From the NCBI GenBank assembly GCA_963823665.1, contig CAWGMQ010000008.1:1856001-1920000 (forward strand): a stretch of 64,000 bases of DNA, given 5' to 3'. The notes beneath the pieces were generated by a model. That model was not told the DNA's origin. It ran no database searches and worked only from the letters and a program-made list of their open reading frames with translations. Below, piece after piece: positions 57,486 to 64,000 of this stretch (the stretch's first letter is position 1; each line of letters opens with the position of its first letter). This stretch comes from an uncultured Planctomycetota bacterium (GTDB taxonomy: Bacteria > Planctomycetota > Planctomycetia > Isosphaerales > Isosphaeraceae). A program made the position numbers and the translations under genes.

Positions 57486-60400
57486 GAGTCGGGGGCGGCG
57501 GGTTGTTGACGGTGGTCGTGGCTCCGGCGGCCGTCGGCGCCGGCTGGACGAGGCCGAGCGGATCGGTCGCGATGCTGTAGAAGGAGTAGGTGTGGCCGGG
57601 CTGGCCGGTGAATGTGGCCGAGGTCGTCGTCGTCGCCGATTGCCAGATGGTGTACGGGCCGCCTTGGTCGGAGACATAGACGTTGTAGCTGGCGATGCCC
57701 GGGCCGGCGCCGTCGGAGCCCGACCAGCTTACCGTGAAGGTCGTCCCCGAGGTGGCCGGCAGCGGGGCCACGCTGCTACTCGGCGTGGTAACGTCGATCG
57801 TGTTGACCACCACGGTTGTATTGATCGGCGCGTTGGTGTCGAAGACAACCGACGCTTGCTGATTGATCGCCGTTCCCGTCGCCAGGCCCGATCGGGGTTC
57901 GATTGTGTATTGAACATAGCCCTCGCCGATGCCGCTGCTGTTATCCGGCGGCAGGAAGCCATCGGTGACACCGGTCGGCGCCTGGCCGGTGATCGGGTCG
58001 AGCGAGGTGAACGTGACGGTCAATAGGCCGGTTTGAACGTTGAAATTCAGGGCGACCAGCACGTTCAGCGGCGTTCCGTCGACATTCTGATACGACACCG
58101 TCGTCTGGTAATCGGTTAGCCCAGGGGGGACATTGACATGGATCGAGCCGAAGGCGAATGAGCCGAGCTGGAATGTGGACCAGTCGAGGTTGGCGCTGAG
58201 CTGCTCGGTCACAGTGACATCCTGCGCGGCGACGCTGCCGTCGTTTTCGAAGGCGACAGTGTACGGCCAGGGACCGATCGGCTGGAGGAAGCCCTGTGTT
58301 CCGTAGCCCAAGGGGCCGATCAGGGCGTTGGGGTCATGGGGCGCATGGTTGGGAATCGGGATGGTGCCCATCGGTGTCGACGGCAACAGAGGCGGGTGTT
58401 TGGGGGGGGTGCAATCCGGCAATTGCAAGGTATAGTTGCGCAGGTAGTAAGCCAGTGACCCGGGCGACCAGACGTACGAGGGGATCTCGTACCCGCCGGC
58501 CTGCAGGACCGAAGTTACACCTTCAGCGCAATTATTTGTGAAGTAATTGAAAGCCGAGTTATTGAGCGAGTTGATCTCACTGGTCATCCCCGCGGCCACG
58601 TTGTCCGGCACGGAGAAGGAAAAGGTGGTGGCCGGGATGTGATGCTGACGCGAGCTCACATCTTCGCCAAAGCTTTTTGGATAGTTCGCCGGGCTCCCTG
58701 GATACTTCGATAGATAATTTCCGTCGACGTCGATGGTCGCGTGCATCCCAGCTTCACCAATTCCCCAGCCCCAGAGGAAAATGGTCACGTCCTTGCAATC
58801 GGATTTGGATAGGCCGAGGGGATCGCTAAAGGCGATCGGGTCGTTCGCGGCGTATTCTCGGATGTTAGTCCCTCCAGCGATTCCCAGGGGATCGTTGCTC
58901 AAGAACTGCTCCGTCGCCGGCGTGTAGACCCGCGCCCGCATGGAGAACACGTTCGTGCCGATTTGCATGACGCCAAACTGGCCGGCGAATGTGAACGAGT
59001 TGGGCAGAGCGGCCGACACAGTCGCGGTCTCACCGAACGGCAGGTAACTGTACTGGTTGACATAACTACCGCTCGAGCCGGTGAGACCAACGGTGTTGCC
59101 GCTGACATCGAAATCGTAATAACCGGTGCCACTTGGGCCAGTCTGGTTCACCAGACCGAGGCCGTAGGTGTAATCGGCGATTAGCGAGCCGCTGCCGTCG
59201 TACGATGCCACGACATTGCCGCCACCCGCGGGATCGACGAGATCATTCGTCTGCGTGCCACCGACGTTCTCGCCAACGAGAAAGCCGAGCGGGCTGTACT
59301 GGAACGTCGTCACGGTGCCGTCCGGGCTTGTGATCGATTTAAGCTGGCTCAGATCGTTGAAGCCGTAGGTCGTCGTGCCGCTGGAATCGGTGACGCTGGC
59401 CAGGTTGCCATTGGCATCGTAGGTGTAAGTCGTCGAGCCGGCCTGGGTGATCTCGTTGTCGTCGTTGCTGGAATAACTGGTCGTCGCGCCGCTGTCGTCG
59501 ACCGCGGTCAGGTCGCCGGCCGCGTTGTAGACGTAGGTGATGGTCGCGCCTCCCGGGAGATCCACCTGGATCAACTGGCCGGTAGCATCGTAGCCGTACG
59601 AGGTCTTGCTGCCGGCGGCGTCGGTCATCGAAGTCACTTCGTCGAGCACGTTATACGTATAGATGAACGAGGAATTCACGGTCTTGCCACCCGGCGCGTA
59701 GTTCACTTCGCTCGTGAGATCGCCGTCCGCATCGTATGCATAGGTCGTGGACGTACCGTTGCCATTGAGCTTATTCACCAGCTCGTTCAGATTGTTGTAG
59801 GTATACCGGACAATCAAGTTGCCTGAGCCGTCGGTGAGCTCGGAGAGCTGACCGAGCACATTGTAGGTGTAATTCACTGTGAAGCCGTCCTGATCGACGC
59901 TCTGAGTGCGCTCTCCCGCGGCGTTGTAGCTGAACTTGAGATTCAGCAGGTTCGGATAGGTGATCGAGGCCAGCTCGCTGCCGATGTCCTGCCCCTGGGC
60001 GTCGGTGTTATAGGTGAGTGTGGTGGTGCCGGTGAGCGTGCCCGTGGCATCGAAGGTTTCGGCAGTCAGCATGTTGCCCTGGGCGTCGTAGGTGAAGGAC
60101 TCGCCCGTCCCGTCGGAGAACGACTCCTCGGTGACCAGCCCCTGGGCATTGTACTGGTAGTTGACCGGATCGCCGTCCTGCTCGATCGTCTCGGTCATGT
60201 TGCCGAGCGGGTCGTAGCTGAACGACTGCTGGGTGCCGTCGGGAAAGGTGATCGAAAGGAGGTTGCCGGCGGCATCAGCTTTGTACTGGGTCGTGCTGTT
60301 AAGGGCGTCAGTGATCGAAGTGAGGTTGCCCAGCGCGCCATAGGTCATTTGCACCGTCTGGCCGAGCGGATTGACGGTCTCGGTCAGGTTGCCGTTGCTA

Positions 60401-63400
60401 TCGTAGCTGTACTGGTAGATATCGCCGGCCGCGTTGGAGTAGCTGACGAGGTTGCCGTTGTTGTCGTAAGAGAAGGTCGAGAGGCCGCCCGAGGGACCTT
60501 CCTCCCGGGCAGGCAGGCCGAGCGACTCAAACCAGATCGTGGTCTGATCGCCGGCGGCGTCAGCGGCCGTGACCTCGGCCCCGTCGCCGTATGTGTAGGT
60601 GATCGGGTCGGCGCCTCCGTTCTGGCTCACTACGCTGAGACGGCCCTGGGCATCGTAGCTGAAATCCTGCTGCGAGCCGTCGGGATTGGTGATCGAGAGC
60701 AGGGCGTTGGCGGTCTCCGGATTGCTGCCGGTGGCGTAGGTGTAGGAGGTCGTCAAGTTGCCCGGAGCTGTCACCGAGAGCAGATGGCCGGCCGAATCGT
60801 AGCTGTAAGACCAGGTATCGCCCGTGCCATTGGCAACCTGCGACACGAAGCCTTGCGGGTTGTAGGTCAGCGTCAACTGCTCGGTTGGCTCGGAAGCGTC
60901 CGAGGGATTGGAGTAGGTCAGGCCGATGAGCTGATTCTGAGAATTGTAGTCCAGCGTAATCCGGTTGCCGTTGGTGTCTTGCTCGTAATTAAGCTGGTCG
61001 TTGGGAAGGAAGACGTACTGTGCGCCGGAGGTGGCCGTGAAGGTGTAAACGCCGCCGGACTGGGTCAGTGAGCCATACTCGCCGTCGGTGTCGAGGTAGT
61101 CGCCGTTAGCCTGCTCGACGAAGTAGCCGGCGGAAGCTCCGGACGTGATCGTGACGTTGCCGGAGTCGTCCGTGCTCAAGGAGGTCTGCCAACCAGACAC
61201 CCAGCCAAGGCCGAACATTCCGGTCTGGTCCCGGCCGTTGAGCGTCGCGATAAACGTCCGGTCGACGGCCAGCGCCAGGCTGCCCGGCGTGGGCAGAGAG
61301 GCATCGATGGCCGAGCTCAGGCTGGGAGCCGGAAACACGGCGTCGGCCTGCTCGGCGAGGAACGCCCAGAGGTTGTTGACGTCGCTAACCTGGGCCGTCG
61401 TCTCACCGAGGTTGCCGAGGTAGGTGGCGGCCTGCGCCAGCGCGGCATTGTAAGAGTCGGTCGTCGTGCCGACGATCGCCATCAGGTTGCTCCAAATGGC
61501 ATTCCAGGCCGTGGTGGAAACGTTACTGGGCTGGAGCGATGATTTCTGGGCTGACCAGTCGATCGGCTGGCCGGCTTCGATCTGGTCCACCTCGATGGGG
61601 ATCGTGTCGTTATCAATGGGGTCGTTGGAGAGGATGGTCAGGCTGAGCTGGCCGCTCTGGCCGGGCCGCAATATGCCTGTGGGGCCACTCGGCGCCGCTG
61701 CCAGCACAGCAGCCAATGGCGAGAAGTAGTTGGGATCATCCGGCGTACTTAAGAGGACATTGGCATTCGTGGTCGAGATCGACAGGAACGGAGCCAGGAT
61801 GTCGTTTTGGGACGTGTTGGCGTAGCTGACCACGATCGTACCGGTCCGCCCCGGGCGCACGAACTGGGGCGCACTCACACTGATGCTCAGCGTTCCTACG
61901 GCAGCCGCAATGACGTGGAACGACGTCGTCGCCCTAAGCGCCTGGCTCCCCTGCTGAACGCTCAGGGTGTAATTGCCGACGGACGCACCGTCCAGGTCGA
62001 AGGTGGCGTAAATCTGGCTCGCGCTGACGAAGTCGATCGACGAGGCGGCGATCGATTTCGAGCCCAGGGTCAACGTGGCGGTATCCAAGGGCGCCAGGTT
62101 GGTGCCGTCGATCGCGACGGTGACATTACCGGCATTACCGCCCGAGGTGGTCGAGAGGGACGAGATGGTCGGGGCACTCCCCTGGGTGACGGTCAGCGTG
62201 TAGCCGGCTGTGGCCGCCGCGCCGGAGATGCTCTCGACCAGGATGTTGTAGGTCCCCGCCGTCAAGACTTGCGGCACCACGGCCGTCTGGCCCGGCTGAT
62301 TGGGGACGGCCGAGGAGTCCTGATAGTTGTATGGCGTCGGCAGAGTCCCCAGGCTGACATAAACCGCTAGCGAACCGGAGGCGGCCGCGCTCGCGGCGGA
62401 AACCACCAGCGAACCGCCGGCCGGCACGGTCACCTGGTAGTAGTTCTCTTGCTCGGCTTCCGTGAACGAGCCAGTGGCGGCCTTGCCGAGTGTCAGGGAT
62501 GGCAGGCTGACCGCGAGCTGTCCGCTCGCGGCCAGGGTGTTGTTCGCGCGGTCGGGGTCGGCGATCTGGTAGAGGCTGTCGGCCTCCACGATGACGTAGT
62601 AAGATCCCGGCGCCAAGGCTGGTACGGGCGCGGTCAGGCTGCCGGTGTAAGTGGCGCCGGCGCCCAGGCCGCCCGTATGCACCACCGAGCCCAGCAGGAG
62701 CGAGCTGCCGGTGATCGTCGCGGTGGGTGAAAGATAAACGCTGTCCTGCCAGTTTCCGGCGGCGGCCGTGGTATCCACGTCCGTCACATTCCAGCTTACC
62801 GCGATCGCCTGGCCGACGGCTGCCGTGGACGGAATATTCACGCTGGTGATAGCCAGGTCCGCGCCGACGGCGGCCGTGTCCAGGTCGAGCGCCGTGGCCG
62901 TCTGGGTCGCGGTCATTCCGGAAGGCAGACCCGTGACCGTGGCGAAGCTGCCGGTCGCACTCGCGAACGCCAGCACCGGATAATCGTCGCCGAACGTCGG
63001 GGTGAAGCCGTTCACAAAGTTAACGTTCAGGTCCCCGCCCAGCGCGGCCGAGCCGGTGACGGCGACCTGCCCGTACTCGCCGCTTGAGGGCGTGCCACCG
63101 ATTTGCAGCGCGAGCGATCCGGCCGAGGTCTGGGCGAAACCGCCGCCGACATTGAGCTCACTGCCAGCGCCCAAGGTCAGGCTGCCGCTGTTGCTGAACG
63201 CGCCATCGGTTGACAACGCGGCCCCGCCGGTGAGGCCCAGGCTGCCGCTGTTCGACGTCAGGCTGTCCAGACCGGCGATCGTGGCGCCGGCTCCGCCTGA
63301 GGCGATGGTCGCGGCACTGCTGGTGATGCTCGTGCCGTAGGGGAATTCCAGCGTGGCGCCGTCGAGTGCGTTCCAGGTGCCGCCGGTCAGGCCGCCGCTC

Positions 63401-64000
63401 GAGAGCTGGGCAAACGAGGTCGGCTCGAGGTCCAGCGTACCCGAGTCCGCCTCGATGGTACCGGTGTTGGTGAGGAGCCCGTAGATCGACAGCGTCGACG
63501 TCCCGCTGCCCGCCGTCTTGCGGATGGTGCCGGCGTTCACGACGGCCATCTGGTCGTCCACGCTGTCGATGCCCGAATCGGATTCAATCAGGTAGGACGC
63601 CCCCGCATCGTTCTCCAGGGTGGTGGTGGAGACGGTGTCGCGTTCCAGGTCGAGGTTGCCGCTGCCGGTCTGGATTATGGTCCCTTCGTTGTAGAGCGTG
63701 CCATCCTTGAGTGCCTTGTCGTTGGAACCGGCGAGGTTGATGGTCCCCAGGTTGGTCACGTTGCCCAGCGAGGCGTAGAAGTAGCCCCCGGTCCACTGGA
63801 ACATGGTGCCGGAAAAGTTCAGCGTCAAGCCCGCGCCGGTCGGGCCGTCACCCGAACCGATAGCGGGAAAGATCTCGCCTCCGCTAAACTGCACCGTTCC
63901 GCTCCCGGAGCCGGTGAGCGTTCCGCCGTAGCTTCCGTACATGTTCATGTTTAGGTCCGTCAGGTCGACCACGGCTCCCTGGCCGACGTTGAAGGTGACC
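57046..64000 (-). CDS. Giant YD/RHS-repeat surface protein (5' partial) with CARDB/PPC-like domains, internal cassette and shared C-terminal domain
   Basis: ADLAITSV...[17 protein letters not shown], many YD repeats, YSYLPFG, RARVY.P...[25 protein letters not shown]; frame stays open to the window edge. Confidence 0.92.
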   Translation of the reverse strand, partial: VTFNVGQGAVVDLTDLNMNMYGSYGGTLTGSGSGTVQFSGGEIFPAIGSGDGPTGAGLTLNFSGTMFQWTGGYFYASLGNVTNLGTINLAGSNDKALKDGTLYNEGTIIQTGSGNLDLERDTVSTTTLENDAGASYLIESDSGIDSVDDQMAVVNAGTIRKTAGSGTSTLSIYGLLTNTGTIEADSGTLDLEPTSFAQLSSGGLTGGTWNALDGATLEFPYGTSITSSAATIASGGAGATIAGLDSLTSNSGSLGLTGGAALSTDGAFSNSGSLTLGAGSELNVGGGFAQTSAGSLALQIGGTPSSGEYGQVAVTGSAALGGDLNVNFVNGFTPTFGDDYPVLAFASATGSFATVTGLPSGMTATQTATALDLDTAAVGADLAITSVNIPSTAAVGQAIAVSWNVTDVDTTAAAGNWQDSVYLSPTATITGSSLLLGSVVHTGGLGAGATYTGSLTAPVPALAPGSYYVIVEADSLYQIADPDRANNTLAASGQLAVSLPSLTLGKAATGSFTEAEQENYYQVTVPAGGSLVVSAASAAASGSLAVYVSLGTLPTPYNYQDSSAVPNQPGQTAVVPQVLTAGTYNILVESISGAAATAGYTLTVTQGSAPTISSLSTTSGGNAGNVTVAIDGTNLAPLDTATLTLGSKSIAASSIDFVSASQIYATFDLDGASVGNYTLSVQQGSQALRATTSFHVIAAAVGTLSISVSAPQFVRPGRTGTIVVSYANTSQNDILAPFLSISTTNANVLLSTPDDPNYFSPLAAVLAAAPSGPTGILRPGQSGQLSLTILSNDPIDNDTIPIEVDQIEAGQPIDWSAQKSSLQPSNVSTTAWNAIWSNLMAIVGTTTDSYNAALAQAATYLGNLGETTAQVSDVNNLWAFLAEQADAVFPAPSLSSAIDASLPTPGSLALAVDRTFIATLNGRDQTGMFGLGWVSGWQTSLSTDDSGNVTITSGASAGYFVEQANGDYLDTDGEYGSLTQSGGVYTFTATSGAQYVFLPNDQLNYEQDTNGNRITLDYNSQNQLIGLTYSNPSDASEPTEQLTLTYNPQGFVSQVANGTGDTWSYSYDSAGHLLSVTAPGNLTTSYTYATGSNPETANALLSITNPDGSQQDFSYDAQGRLSVVSQNGGADPITYTYGDGAEVTAADAAGDQTTIWFESLGLPAREEGPSGGLSTFSYDNNGNLVSYSNAAGDIYQYSYDSNGNLTETVNPLGQTVQMTYGALGNLTSITDALNSTTQYKADAAGNLLSITFPDGTQQSFSYDPLGNMTETIEQDGDPVNYQYNAQGLVTEESFSDGTGESFTYDAQGNMLTAETFDATGTLTGTTTLTYNTDAQGQDIGSELASITYPNLLNLKFSYNAAGERTQSVDQDGFTVNYTYNVLGQLSELTDGSGNLIVRYTYNNLNELVNKLNGNGTSTTYAYDADGDLTSEVNYAPGGKTVNSSFIYTYNVLDEVTSMTDAAGSKTSYGYDATGQLIQVDLPGGATITYVYNAAGDLTAVDDSGATTSYSSNDDNEITQAGSTTYTYDANGNLASVTDSSGTTTYGFNDLSQLKSITSPDGTVTTFQYSPLGFLVGENVGGTQTNDLVDPAGGGNVVASYDGSGSLIADYTYGLGLVNQTGPSGTGYYDFDVSGNTVGLTGSSGSYVNQYSYLPFGETATVSAALPNSFTFAGQFGVMQIGTNVFSMRARVYTPATEQFLSNDPLGIAGGTNIREYAANDPIAFSDPLGLSKSDCKDVTIFLWGWGIGEAGMHATIDVDGNYLSKYPGSPANYPKSFGEDVSSRQHHIPATTFSFSVPDNVAAGMTSEINSLNNSAFNYFTNNCAEGVTSVLQAGGYEIPSYVWSPGSLAYYLRNYTLQLPDCTPPKHPPLLPSTPMGTIPIPNHAPHDPNALIGPLGYGTQGFLQPIGPWPYTVAFENDGSVAAQDVTVTEQLSANLDWSTFQLGSFAFGSIHVNVPPGLTDYQTTVSYQNVDGTPLNVLVALNFNVQTGLLTVTFTSLDPITGQAPTGVTDGFLPPDNSSGIGEGYVQYTIEPRSGLATGTAINQQASVVFDTNAPINTTVVVNTIDVTTPSSSVAPLPATSGTTFTVSWSGSDGAGPGIASYNVYVSDQGGPYTIWQSATTTTSATFTGQPGHTYSFYSIATDPLGLVQPAPTAAGATTTVNNPPPPTPPTITGEQALFTRKLNKKHKPVGKPVLTGFAIDFSAAMDPATAGNAANYQVDWVSIKRVKRKKVQVLHPVPIRVVYDAVDHSVSLLLSRTQTFPQGGQITVTATSPGGVSGASGVLLDGNDEGQPGDDGTFTILPRGRGVDRSSST

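Noticed and set aside
59100..61000. Recurring GTCGTAGCTG-like motifs as a nucleotide repeat system
   Set aside because: They encode YD repeats of the RHS protein
1..64000. tRNA, rRNA, CRISPR arrays, integron attC arrays
   Set aside because: None recognised by eye; a covariance-model scan would be needed to exclude small RNAs

Overview
GC-rich bacterial DNA. Its gene content (ECF sigma/Ser-Thr kinase pairs, LExRxxxx N-terminal motifs, an fwdB/fhcB homologue, DHOR and redoxin-heme-Cu monooxygenase proteins) points to Planctomycetota, probably Isosphaeraceae-like; this is an inference. 1-24.8 kb holds an ECF-kinase pair, a STAS + DevBCA-type ABC operon, a ligase-associated exonuclease + ATP-dependent ligase, an FKBP, a Ser/Thr-type proline racemase homologue, LemA-M48, a lone fwdB, a GH5, a collapsed TIGR04222/DUF692 operon, tandem redoxin-heme c-copper monooxygenases and an ABC exporter. 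25.3-48.1 kb is bracketed by two co-oriented resolvase remnants. It carries TetR-EmrAB with twin operators, a second ECF-kinase pair, and a long minus-strand xfp-phosphatase-glgP-glgX-DUF2090-EmrA-channel cluster preceded by a promoter, a structured leader RNA and an intrinsic terminator. 48.2-49.4 kb is a nest of mobile remnants, including a 772-nt group II intron with recognisable ends and DIII/DV/DVI but almost no RT left, inserted into a CACGCAAAG-type palindromic repeat that matches its putative EBS1. 49.4-64 kb has a di-heme DHOR protein and two large surface proteins (Gly-rich; YD/RHS with an internal His/Cys cassette) that share a near-identical C-terminal domain. Several 1-2 nt frameshifts look like sequencing error, while several internal deletions look like real decay. 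No rRNA, tRNA or CRISPR array was seen.
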